From the NCBI GenBank assembly GCA_043228905.1, contig JBHGNT010000010.1, positions 13,144,001 to 13,208,000 of the forward strand: a DNA stretch of 64,000 bases. Reading direction: 5' to 3'. Position 1 is the first letter of the stretch. Every line of letters begins with the position of its first letter. A program made the translations under genes and the position numbers. The notes under the pieces are model-generated. The model was given only the letters and a program-made list of their open reading frames with translations, did not search any database and was not told where the DNA came from. The DNA comes from Azolla caroliniana. Lineage: Eukaryota > Plantae > Polypodiophyta. Of this stretch, positions 43,752 to 56,319 are shown piece by piece.

Positions 43752-46700
43752 CCGCACGCTTGGAACGCGAAGATCACGTAGAGACTACATCGGATGGGGT
43801 TTACTCCGTTGAAATCGGACTGTTCACTTTTCATCCGGAATGGTATGTACCGTGCGGTATGTATCCTGTTCTATGTAGATTATCTAGTCATCACCGGACC
43901 CAGACTTGTTGAAATCGGTCGTGTGAAGTCCCAACTATCGGATGCATTCGAAATGAAGGACCTGGGGGACTTTCATTACTTCATCAAGATCGAAGTGATC
44001 CACACGCCCGAGAGCATATTGTTGTCCTAGCGGCATTATGTGTTGAATATGATGTACAAGTTGACCAAGACGGATTGCCGACAGATCTCCACACCCCTTG
44101 ACCGGAACTTGAAGGTTTGTGCCGACTCCAGATCGACCTGCGATGTGAAACGGTTTCGACAAATTGTCAAAAGCCTCATTTATTTGATAATCACCTGACC
44201 CAACATTACATATCCGGTTGTAGTGATCAGTCAGTTTATGCAAAAGGCGACCGTGGAGCACCTTCAATGTGCGCACCGAATACTGAGGTATGTCAGCAGC
44301 ATTAAGGACCGAGGACTGTTATACCGACATGGTATAACCGAAAAGCTGGTCACTTATACGGATGCTGACTCGGTCGGAGATGCGTCGGATCGACATACCA
44401 TTTTCGGATTTATTTTTTCTCTAGGTAGCACGACTGTTGCGTGGAGTAGCAAAAAACAACCAATTGTGGCTTTGTCGAGCACTGAGGCTGAGTATCGGGG
44501 TGCTACTGTTGACACCTATGAAGCCATCTAGCTTCGGCGGCTGTTGCAAGTCCTCCAAATCGAAGTCCCAACTCCGATCCCGATCTACTACGACAACATG
44601 AGCAGCATGCAGCTCGCCCAGAACCCTGTGTTCCATGCTCGAATGAAGCACACAGAAGTGCATTACCACTTTGTGCATGAGCGGGTCCTCAACAGTGAAA
44701 TAGAACTCCAATATGTCCAAACGGATCGGCAGGTTATCGACATCTTCACCAAAACTCTCGACCTGGACAAGTTGCAACATTTTTCGGAGATGCTTGGTCT
44801 TCAGCATGTCGACATGCCGCACCTAAGAGGGAGAACCGGTATTGTTATAGGGAGAACTGGAACCGGAACGGAAAATAGGAAAACAGGCAAAGGTACCAGA
44901 CAAGCAACTGGAAAGAAGGAAACAAGCGAAGCAGGGGGAGACGAGGAAAAAAAGGAAGCTGAGTCGGCTGAAGAAGTCGGCAGATCCGATAAAGTCGGAA
45001 CAACTACCGGGGCAAATATCTCGTCGAAGTCCACACCCTTCTTCTGTTGGAACCCCTTCACCACGATCCTGGCTTTGTATCTCGGGGGGTTGCCGGCATC
45101 TCCCAGTTTCAACTTGTACACCCACTTGTTTCGGAGTGCCCGCTTTCCTTTCGGCAACTTCACCAATTCGTACGTATGGTTCTCATGCAGGGAATCCATC
45201 TCGTCCTGCATGGCACTTAACCATTTTCGGCTGTGGGTGTCATCCTTCGCTTCTTTGAAGCTTTCGGGCTCCCCCTCATCAGTCAGCAGAACATGCTCTG
45301 CATCCGGAAATCTCCGGGGGGCCCTTCTCTCTCTGAGAGGATATCTCCGTCTTTGGGCTTCGATAGCCAGCTCCTCCATTTGCTCTTCATCCGAATCCGA
45401 TTCGGGGTCTAGACCGGTTCCAGTCTCAGCTTCCTCTACTTCTTCTTCTACCGGTTCGGTATCCTCACCGTAACTGGCTGGTCCCTCGAGTGCTAACCGG
45501 TCTCTTGCCGGTTGGGTCTGCTCATCGTAGAGTTGATCCTTACCAGTCGACTCGGAGTTCATTATCTTCTTCTCCAACTCTCAGTCGGCGAGCGTCTTGT
45601 TCTCCATGAAGATAATATGTCGACTCCGGAATACCTTCTTGTCGACCAGGTCCCACACTCGGTAGCCGAACTCATCGTCACCGTAACCGAGGAATATGCA
45701 TGGTCGGGTCTTTGGATCTGACTTTCCTCTCCGGTCCTTAGCTACATGCACGTACGCGAGACACCTGAACACCTTCAGATGCCGGTAGGACACTTCCTTA
45801 CCGGTCCATACTCTCTGTGGCGTGTCTCCGTCCAAGGGTACTGAGGGTGATCTGTTTATCACGTATGTCGCCGTCGACAGTGCCTCAGCCCAAAACTTCT
45901 TGGGTAGTTTTGCATGCGCTAGCATACTCCGGACCCTCTCCATTATGGTCTGGTTCATCCTCTCGGCTAGTCCGTTTAGTTCCGGCGTCTTCGGCACGGT
46001 AAATTCGAGCCGGATTCCCTTTGAGCGGCAGTACTCCTCGAACTGCCCTCGGGATTCTCCTCCGTTGTCTGCTCGAACCGCCTTCAGCTTCTGGCCGGTT
46101 TCTCTTTCCACTCTCGCGTGGAGCTCTTTGAAGACGGATAACACCTGATCCTTCGTCTTCAACGGTGTGGCCCACAGCTTCCGGCTGTGGTCATCTATGA
46201 ACGTCACGAAGTACTGCGCTCCGGCATGTGACTTCGTGTCTACTTGACACAAATCCGTATGCACCAACTCCAGTGGTGCATTACGTCTCATCGGTGGCCT
46301 TGGTCAGAAGGAGGTCCGGTTCTGCTTACCGGCCACACAATCAGTGCACTTCTCTAAGTGCACGTTCTTCACTGGAATGAGGTTGTCGTCTGCAAGCCTC
46401 TTCATCCCCTTCTCGCTCATATGACACAGCCTCTTGTGCCATAGCTCACCGGCAGTGTCGGATGCCAGGTTCACTTCTTCCGGACATAACCGGGCATTCA
46501 TCAGGTACAGTGTGTTTACCTTCCGGGCCCGAGCCACAATCAAGCTCCCTTTGCTGAACTTCATGACACCGTTCTGGATGCTACCCGTGTAGCCCTCATC
46601 ATCTAGTCGACCGGCTGATATAAGGTTTAGTCGAACCTCCAAAACATGTCGGACATCCCTCAGCAGCAACTTGCATCCGATTGGTGTCAACAGCCACACG

Positions 46701-47959
46701 TCTCCTATGCCGACAATTCGGCATGTACCTTCATTCCCCATCCGGACACAGCCGTGATCACCGGCTGAGTAGGATGAGAAGCATTTCCGGTCCGGGGTAA
46801 GGTGGAACGACGCTCCGGAGTCTACCACCCAGGTCATCTCGTCGTCGGGAAGGTTTATCTCACTCTCCTCGGTGATGAGCATCAACTCTTCTTCACTTGC
46901 CGCGATTGCCGTCGTCCCCTTCCAGTTCGGCCCCCTCCGGTCTTTACCGTTCCGGTCCGGGGTCCGCTTCGAATCGGTACCATCGGTCTCCTTATCTTTT
47001 CGGAAATGCCGACAGTTCTTCTGGAAGTGACCCGGCTTGCCGCAATAGAAGCAAGTGGGCCTCCCCCTTGACTTTGACCGTGTCCCCGACTTCTCCCGGT
47101 TCTGTGGACTACGGTTTCTATGTCTTCCGCGTTCCGATTCGGTAAGAAGCGCTTTGGAGTCGGAGCTCGTATCTTTGTCTTTCTGACGCACCTCCTCATC
47201 TAACAAGCTCGACTTTACTCTTGCTAGGGATAACCGCTTTCCTTCCGGCCCGGCGTTGCCCAAAGTGACAACCAACGTCTCCCAGCTATCCGGGAGGGAA
47301 CCGAGCAGAATTAGCGCAAGTACCTCATCGGCGAGAGGTACTTCCAATGAAGTTGCCTGGTGGATCAGCCCCTGGAAGGCATTCATGTGCTCCGCCATGC
47401 TGGAGCCATCTTGGTACCGGAGTCTTACTAGCTTCCGGAATACCGACACCTGATTAACAGCATTTTTGTTCTGAAACATTAAGCCGATCTTCTCCAAGAG
47501 CTCATGAGCCTTGCTCTCTTCATTGAAGTTGTTGTACAGGCTCATGTCGATAAAGCACCGTATGTATGCCGTTGTCTTCATGTGCATCACCTCCCATATC
47601 GCAGCGTTGATTTTGTCCGGTCTCTTATCCCCGAACTGAACCGGCAGCCAGAGGTCTTTAACTACGAGCATGTCCCTCATCTTCGACTTCCATACCGAAT
47701 AGTTGGAGCCAGTGAGCCTGAACATGCCGCCAAACGATTCGTCCATATTTCTGTGTTGTTTTGCTCGGATACCACTTGATCGGAACTCAACGCTCCTTAT
47801 GCACAACGCTCGGCCACAACCGAGCTTCTTTTCATACACAGAAAACGGGAAATAAAACACGACACAAAGAAGAAGAGAATACACAGGAGGTTTACATGGA
47901 AAACCCCAAACTAGGGGAAAAAAACCACGGCAGCCCATAGGCTGCAAACTGTCACTATG

Positions 47960-48224
47960 TGTTGAACACCAGTGCTCGGCCACAACCGAGGAATAGGATC
48001 AACTCACAGAAAACAGGAAATACAAAATGCACGAAGACAATAGAGAGAAGAGTGCACAGGATGTTTTACGTGGAAAACCCTAAATGGGAAAAAACCACGG
48101 GAGTCCTCAAACTCCAACTATCACTATAATCAGAGATGTACAATGGTGGAGCTACAAGGCAACAACCTTGAGCTCACTGTCTTCGCCACAGGCGGCGGTA
48201 ATACACAGAGGCAACGACCTCTTC

Positions 48225-48257
<33 letters not shown>

Positions 48258-51200
48258 CTGCTCTCTTCACTCTCTTGCACACATAAGAGTGGCGATACAC
48301 AGAAAAATGAGCAACAACATTAAAATTGTTTGCCCTAAGTCATATTTATACACATATGACTTTCGGGCTATTTACAATTATAGCCTCAAGGGCCCTTGGC
48401 AAACATATTCACAAATATGTCCCCGCATCCGGATCTCTCTCCGGGTACATTCGTCATCCGGCTCCGTAGCCGGGGTCTTCATCATCCGGCTCCGTAGCCG
48501 GGGTCTTCATTTCCGATTCCCGGACATCCGACCATCCCATCCGGAGGGACCGTAATCCCAACAAACTCCCCCTTCACTTCGGCATGGGATGTCTTTCCAG
48601 TCCGACCCTCTTCCGGCACGCTTCCAGCTTGTCGGGTGTGAGCACTTTGGTCAGCATATCTGAGCCGTTCTCGTCCGTGTGGATCTTCGTCAGCACGAAC
48701 TCCTGGTCTTCTATCCTTTCCCGGATCCAGTGATATCTTCGCTGGATGTGCTTCGTCCGGGAGTGATAGGCCGCGTTCTTCGCAAGGTGGATGGCACTCT
48801 GACTGTCGCAGTAGAGTCGGTACTCCTCCTGCCGGATACCGAGCTCTCTAATGAAGTCCTTCATCCATATCATTTCCTTGCCGGCTTCAACAGCCGCCAT
48901 GTACTCCGCCTCCGTGGTTGACAATGCAACCGTCTTCTGCAGCCTCGACTGCCATGAAACAGCTCCCCCTGCATACGTCATCACATACCTTGATGTGGAC
49001 CGGCTGGTATCTGCATCAGCCGACATATCCGAATCGGTAAAGCCGTCGAGTTCGGGCTTACCGGAGCCGAATCGGAGGCACACGTTTGTCGTGCCCTTCA
49101 GGTATCGGAGTATCCACTTGACCGCGTTCCAGTGCTCCTTGCCGGGATTGCTCATGTACCGGCTCACCACTCCGACTGCATATCCTATGTCTGGTCTTGT
49201 ACACACCATTGCGTACATCAAGCTTCCGACGGCAGAGGCATATGGTACTTTCATCATGTCCTCCTTCTCAGCTTTTGTCTTGGGGCTTTGCTTGCTGGAC
49301 AGCTTGCAGTTTGCCGGGAGGGTAGACCCAACCGGTCTTGCTTCCGACATGTTGAACCGGTGAAGCACCTTTGTCACGTACTTCTCCTGTGACAGCCACA
49401 GCTGCTTCTTCTTCCGGTCCCGGATGATGTGCATCCCTAGTATTTGCCTCGCCGGACCCAGGTCCTTCATTGAGAAGGTTCGGTGAAGAGCTTTCTTCAG
49501 CATCCGTATCTTGACCTGGTCCCGTCCGACGATCAACATGTCGTCCACGTACAGGAGGAGTATTAGAAAGTCTCCTCCTTCGAACTTCTTCACAAACACG
49601 CAGTGATCGGACTGCGTTTTGTGGTACCCTTCGTCGGTCATGAAAGAGTCGAACTTCCGGTACCATTGCCGGGGAGCCTGCTTCAGTCCGTAAAGGCTCT
49701 TCTTCAACCGGCATACCAGGTGCTCCTTCCCTTTCTTCTCGAATCCTTCCGGTTGCTGCATGTAGATCTCTTCTTCGAGGTCACCGTGAAGGAATGCCGT
49801 CTTCACGTCCATCTGTTCTACCTCGAGGTCCATGCTTGCCGCTATGCTCAGCACCGTCCGGATGGAGGTCATCTTCACCACCGGGGCAAATATCTCGTCG
49901 AAGTCGACGCTCTTCTTCTGTTGGAACCCCTTCACCACGATCCTCGCTTTGTATCTCGGGGGGTTTCCGACATCTCCCGGTTTCAGCTTGAACACCCACT
50001 TGTTTCGAAGTGCCCGCTTTCCTTTCGGCAACTCCACAAGTTCATATGTGTGGTTCTCATGCAGGGAATCCATCTCCTCCTGCATGGCACTTAACCACCT
50101 GCGGCTATGGGTGTCAAGCTTTGCTTCTTCAAAACTCTCCGGCTCCCCCTCGTCGGTTAGCAGCACGTGCTCTGGTTCCGGAAATCTCCGGGGGGCCCTT
50201 CTCTCTCTTAGAGGATATCTCCGTTCCGGAGCTTCGGTAACCGGTTCCTCCGTTTCTTCTTCATCCGAATCCATTTCGGGATCGGGGCCGGTTCCGGTAT
50301 CAGTTTCATCTTCCTCGGCCGGTTCTGTTTCTTCACCGTCTTCGGCCGGATCCTCGAGTGCTAACCGGTCCCTTGCCGGTCGGGACTGCTCCTCGTAGAG
50401 TTTATCCTCACCGGTCGACTTGGAGCTCTTCATCTTCTTCTCCGACTCCCAGTCGGCGAGTGTCTTGTCCTCCATGAAGATGATATCACGACTCCGGAAT
50501 AACTTTTTGTCGACCGGGTCCCATACTCGGTAGCCGAACTTGTCATCGCCGTAACCGAGGAATATGCATGGCCGGGTCTTTGGATCTAGCTTTCCTCTCC
50601 GGTCCTTTGCCACATGCACATATGCGAGACACCCGAACACTCTCAGATGCCGGTAGGATACTTCCCTACCGGTCCACACTCTCTGCGGCGTGTCTCCGTC
50701 CAAAGGTACTGAGGGTGATCTGTTTATCACGTATGTCGCCGTCGACATTGCCTCAGCCCAAAACACCTTGGGTAATTTCGCATGTGCCAGCATACTCCGG
50801 ACCCTCTCCATTATGGTCCGGTTCATCCTCTCGGCCAGCCCATTCAGTTCCGGCGTCTTCGGCACAGTAAACTCGAGCCGGATTCCCTTCGAGCGACAGT
50901 ACTCCTCGAACTGCCCCCGGTATTCCCCTCCGTTATCCGCTCGTATCGCTTTCAGCTTCTTGCTGGATTCCCTTTCCACTCTCGCGTGGAGTTCTTTGAA
51001 GACGCACAACACTTGGTCCTTTGTCTTCAACGGTGCCGTCACCAGCTTCCGGCTGTGGTCATCAATGAATGTCACGAAGTACTGGGCTCCGCCATGTGAC
51101 TTCGTTTCTACTTGACACACGTCAGTGTGCACCAACTCCAATGGTGCGCTACGTCTCATCGGTGGCCTTGAGTGGAAGGAGGTCCGGTTTTGCTTACCGG

Positions 51201-52943
51201 TCAGACAGTCGGTGCACTTCCCCAAGTGTACTTGCTTTACCGGTATCAGGTTGTCTTCGGCAAGCCTCTTCATCCCCTTCTCGCTCATGTGGCACAGTCT
51301 CTTGTGCCACAGCTCACCGGCAGTGTCAGCTGCCACGTTCAGCTCCTCCGGACATAGCCGGGAAATCATCAGGTACAGTGTGTTGACCTTCCGGGCCCGA
51401 GCCACTATCAGGCTCCCCTTGCTGAACTTCATTTCGCCGTTCCGGATGCTACCCGTGTAGCCTTCATCGTCTAGCCTCCCGGCCGAAATCAGGTTCAATC
51501 GAACCTCCGGAACGTGTCGGACATCCTTCAGCAGCATCTTGCATCCGGTTGATGTCATCAGCCACACGTCTCCTATGCCGGCGATCCGGCATGTACCTTC
51601 ATTTCCCATCCGGACACAGCCGTGCTCACCGGCTGTGTAGGATGAGAAGTATTTCTTCTCCGGGGTCAGGTGGAACGATGCTCCGGAATCGACCACCCAG
51701 GTCATCTCTTCGCCGGCAAGGTTCAGCTCCCTCTCTTCGGTAATGAGCATTATCTCTTCTTCACTTGCCGCGAGTGCCGTCGTTCCTTTCCGGTCCTGCC
51801 CTCGCCGATCCGGACCTCTCCGGTCCGTGGCTCCCCGGTATGCACCGTTTCGCTCCGGTGACTTCTTCGAATCGGTACCGTCGGTTCCGTTGTCTTTCCG
51901 GAAATGCCGACAGTTCTTCTGGAAGTGCCCCGGCTTCCCACAGTAGAAGCATGTAGGTCTTCCCCTCGACTACGACCGTGTCCCTGACTTCTCCCGTCTT
52001 TGCGGACTCCGGTTCCGTTGTCTTCCCCGTTCCGATTCGGTAAGCAGCGCCTTCGAGTCGGAGGCCGATTCTTTATCTCTCCGACGCGCTTCTTCATTTA
52101 GAATACTTGTCTTTACCGTTAGTAAAGACAAGTTCTCTTCCTTACAGGAGGTGCTGAGTGTAACTACCAAGTTCTCCCAGCTCTTCGGAAGGGTACACAT
52201 CAGCATGATGGCTTGCATTGCGTCATCCAACGGGAACTTGATCGCCGCAAGCTGATTCACGAATCCCATGAACGTGCTGACGTGTTCGACCATGCTCTCG
52301 CCGTCCCGGTACTTAAGATTCACTATCTTCCTCATCAGGGAGGTCCAGGTCAGAGCATTCTTCCTCTCATACAGTCCGGACAGCTTCTGCCACATCTCAT
52401 AGGCGTTCGTATCGTTCGCCACATGTTGCAGAACACTTACATCGACATATTGCCGGATCGTCGCTACGGCTTTCCGGTTCAGGAGCTTCCACTCCGACTC
52501 TATTACCCCCTTGGGTATCTCGGCATTGTCGATCGGTTCATACAGGTCTCGGACGATGAGAAGGTCTTCCATCTTTATCTTCCAGTCGGCGTAGTTCTGT
52601 GAGTTCAACACCATCATGCCCGGAGGCCCACTACCGCCGCCTTCCATTTTCTGTGTTACCGTCGCTCTGATACCACTTTGTTGAACACCAGTGCTCGGCC
52701 ACAACCGAGGAATAGGATCAACTCACAGAAAACAGGAAATACAAAATGCACGAAGACAATAGAGAGAAGAGTGCACAGGATGTTTTACGTGGAAAACCCT
52801 AAATGGGAAAAAACCACGGGAGTCCTCAAACTCCAACTATCACTATAATCAGAGATGTACAATGGTGGAGCTACAAGGCAACAACCTTGAGCTCACTGTC
52901 TTCGCCACAGGCGGCGGTAATACACAGAGGCAACGACCTCTTC

Positions 52944-52982
<39 letters not shown>

Positions 52983-53260
52983 CTGCTCTCTTCACTCTCT
53001 TGCACACATAAGAGTGGCGATACACAGAAAAATGAGCAACAACATTAAAACTGTTTGCCCTAAGTCATATTTATACACATATGACTTTCGGGCTATTTAC
53101 AATTATAGCCTCAAGGGCCCTTGGCAAACATATTCACAAATATGTCCCCGCATCCGGATCTCTCTCCGGGTACATTCGTCATCCGGCTCCGTAGCCGGGG
53201 TCTTCATTTCCGATTCCCGGACATCCGACCATCCCATCCGGAGGGACCGTAATCCCAACA
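47960..53260 (-). mobile_element. Near-intact Tork-like copia element M, inserted in the LTR of L
   Basis: LTRs 47960-48563 and 52679-53260 (differ by one substitution seen, one 28-bp repeat unit and CT-microsatellite length); TSD CTATG; PBS 52664-52675; PPT 48564-48573. Confidence 0.97.
48574..52647 (-). pseudogene. gag-pol of M with a single in-frame nonsense codon (TAG 51970-51972)
   Basis: ORFs 51970-52704 and 48574-51750 are in the same frame; element C has Gln (CAG) at this position. Confidence 0.92.
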
Positions 53261-53721
53261 CTATGTAAGAATGTACAACAGTGAGTTCACTGAGGCAACG
53301 ACCTCGTGCTCACAGATCTTCGCCACAGGTGGCGGTTACAACAGAGGCAACAACCTCTTTCTCTCTCTCTCACTCTGTACGCTGTTACGTGCTCGCGCTT
53401 CTTCTTCTTGCACCAACAAGAATAATAACGACAACCACAAGAGTTTGCCCTAAGTCATATTTATACAAATATGACTTTTCGGCTATTTACAAATATAGCC
53501 TCGATGGACTCTCAGAAACATATTTACGAATATGTCTCTTCATCCGGTTCATACCGGGTCTGCACCATCCGGCTCTCCGTAGCCGGGTACTCCTCATTCG
53601 GTTCATACCGGGTCTGCGTCATCCGGCTCTCCGTAGTCGGGTACTCCTCATCCGGTTTCGGCCTCGGGTTTGTCGGCATTGTTCTTCTCCCTTCCCATCC
53701 GGAGGGACCTGTCTCCCAACA

Positions 53722-54680
53722 AACCCGACGATCGTAGTACCGATGGTTATCTTCACAATACCGCATGTGCCATGGAATCTCAAACCGATTTCGGTACTCA
53801 GAGTTCACATCCCGAGTTTGATGGAGTTACTGAAGAAAAAGGTGGAGATGGGCATCCTCGAGCCGTCGAGTGCCCCATACTCAAGTCGGTGGTTTACTGT
53901 GCCAAAGAAGGACGGCACGCTGCGCTTCATTCAGGACCTGCAGTTGGTCAACAATGTGACCATTCGGAACATAGGGATTAGACCGACCATTGACGAGTTC
54001 ACGGAAGCCTTCGCCGAAAGGTCGATCTATTCGGTCGGTGATCTGTACTCGGGGTATGAACAATTCCAACTAGCCATGGAGAGTAGAGACATTACGACGA
54101 TGCAGACTCTCCTCGGCCTAGTGCGGATCTGTACCCTGCCGCAAGGAGGGACCAACTCGGTGGCGCACATGGTGAACGTGATGAACAAGGTGCTGAGGGA
54201 TTGTATCCCGGACATCACCATGCCGTTTTTGGATGACGTCCCGATTAAAGGTTGTTGGGTGGAAGATAAGGATGAATCGGTTGGGCCGGACGGATGCCGG
54301 AGATTTGTTGTGGACCACATCGGTGACTACGAGAAGGTGCTACAGAAACTCGAGAGTGCGCGCGCGGTTCACCTTCTCTAGAGAGAAATCGGCTTTCGGG
54401 AAGTCGGAGATCCTAGTGGTCGGGCACTTGTGCGGGCCTTACGGTCGGAAACCGTCTCCAGCAAAAGTAGAAGCCATCAATGTAATAAAGGAAGAATGCA
54501 AGTCGGTTACGGAGGTGTGGAAGTTCTTAGGCGCATGCGCGTTCTACCACATCTGGATCCCGCACTATGCACACATCACGGAGCCACTCTATGGGTTGTT
54601 GAAGAAAGGGCGTAAATTCGAGTGGGGTAGAGAGCATGTGGAGTCGGTCCAGAGGTTGAAGGAGGCGCTTACCGCACTCC
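53722..54680 (+). pseudogene. Ty3/gypsy reverse transcriptase fragment of a divergent, fungal-like lineage (element Q)
   Basis: PHVPW, APYSSRWFTVPKKDGTLRFIQDLQ, GDLYSGY, TLPQGGTNS, PFLDDVPIKG, KFLGACAFY. Confidence 0.88.
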
Positions 54681-56319
54681 GGCACTCCGGCACTTTCTGC
54701 TTAATCTTCCATTGATATTGTGAAACTTGGTTGTGGCCAAGTGCGATTCTAATCACTCTGGTATCAGAGCTAGGTTCTAAATTTCAAGCAAAAGAAAGAA
54801 AATGGAAGAGTCCTTCGGTGGTATGTTCAAGCTCACCGGCTCCAACTACCTAGTGAGGAAGTCGAAGATGAGGAACATGTTAGTGGTCAAAGATATCTGG
54901 TTGCCGGTACAATTTGGTGATAAAAGACCGGACAAGATCGATGTCGCAACCTAGAAAGTAATGCATATGAAGACTACGACATACATTAGATGCTTCATCA
55001 ACATGAGTCTGTACAATAACTTCAATGAAAAGAATAAGGCCCATGTACTCTAGTAGAAGATTCGCACGATGTTGGAGAACAAGAATTTCGTAAATCGAGT
55101 CTCAGTATTCCAAAAGAGGCTCTGGTATCAAGACTGCGCCAGCATGGTAGAGCATATGAATGCCTTCCAAGGGTTGATAAACTAGACTACCTCGCTCAAA
55201 GTACCGTTAGCCGATGAGGTACTGGCATTGTTATTGCTCGGAATCCCTTCCACATAGCTGGGAGACGTTAGTTGTCATGTTTGCCTGACTAGAAGGAAAG
55301 AACTTATCCATGGCAAGAGTGAAGTCATGTTTGCTAAACGAAGAAGCTCGCCAGAAGAACCGGGAGTTCGGAACCAATGTGAAGGCCTTGGTCCCGGAAC
55401 ACGACAATAACCGGGGAAGATGCCGGAATCGAAGTCTCCAAAACTGGGAGAAGTCGGGGACGATATTGAAGTCAAGGGGGAAGCCTACCTGTTTCTATTG
55501 TGGGAAACCGGCGCACTTCCAAAGATTTGCCGACACTTCCGGAAAGCCAAAGGGGGAGCTAATGATCCATAATTGAAGAAGATTCCTGAAAGGAGAGGAA
55601 CGTCGGCAATCACAAGTGAAGAGGAACTCTTGTTAATCACAGAGGAGAGTGAGTTGCACCTTGTCAGCGATGAATCAACATGGGTGGTTGACTCCAAAGT
55701 GTCATTTCATCAGACCCCCGACCATAAGTGCTTCTCATCCTATAGAATTGGAGATGACAGTTGTGTATGGATGGGGAATGAAGGAGCATGCCAAATTGTC
55801 GGCATTGGAGATGTGTGTTTGACTACATCAACCGGGTGGAAACTAATGTTGAGAGAAGTGCGCCATGTTCCAGAGGTTCGATTGAACCTGATATCAACTG
55901 GTTGGCTGGATGATGAAGGCTATACATGGGTGGCATCCAAAACGACACAATGAAGTTTTGCAGAGGAAGCTTGATCGTGGCCCAAGCTCAGAAGATCAAC
56001 ACATTGTACATGATGCATGCCCAAATATGTTGGGAGGAAGTGAACATGGCATCCGACATTGCGGGGGTAAAGAACATGCAACATTAGAAGTGCACCGATT
56101 GTTTGACTGGTAAGCAGAACCAAACCTCTTTCTGGTCCAGACCACCGATGAGATGGAAAGCACCACTAGAACTCGTGCATACCGACGTACGCTCCGTGGA
56201 CACGAACTCACACGCCGGATCACAGTATTTCGTGTTGTTCATAGATGACCATAGCAGGAAGATGTGGGTATCCACATTCAAGACGAAGGGCCAAGTATTG
56301 TCCATGTTCAAGGAGTTCC

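Larger units (their letters stand above)
36458..45005 (+). mobile_element. Copia family-2 element J (5' LTR 36458-40234 split by K, PBS 40235-40246, degenerate gag-pol split by G), 3' end deleted
   Basis: LTR homologous to the H and D LTRs; TGGTATGAGAGT PBS; gag 40669-41409; integrase; RT and RNase H 43752-44830; internal deletion near 42750. Confidence 0.88.
45003..53721 (-). mobile_element. Tork-like copia element L (5' LTR 47777-53721 split by M; gag-pol 47746 to 45003; 3' part deleted)
   Basis: PBS TGGTATCCGAGC at 47763-47774; ORF pieces 46304-47746, 45581-46291 and 45003-45577; fused to J at an ACT microhomology. Confidence 0.92.

Noticed and set aside
44544-45577. 309-aa plus-strand and 258-aa minus-strand overlapping ORFs as novel genes
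   Set aside because: Chance read-through across the J/L deletion junction; each is part sense pol and part antisense of the other element.
51970-51972. Programmed stop-codon readthrough in M
   Set aside because: Relatives A and C have CAG here, there is no readthrough context, and it lies upstream of the gag zinc knuckle; a simple C>T mutation.
53281-54381. 366-aa ORF as a complete protein
   Set aside because: The N-terminal ~147 aa are antisense LTR sequence of L fused in frame to the RT fragment Q.
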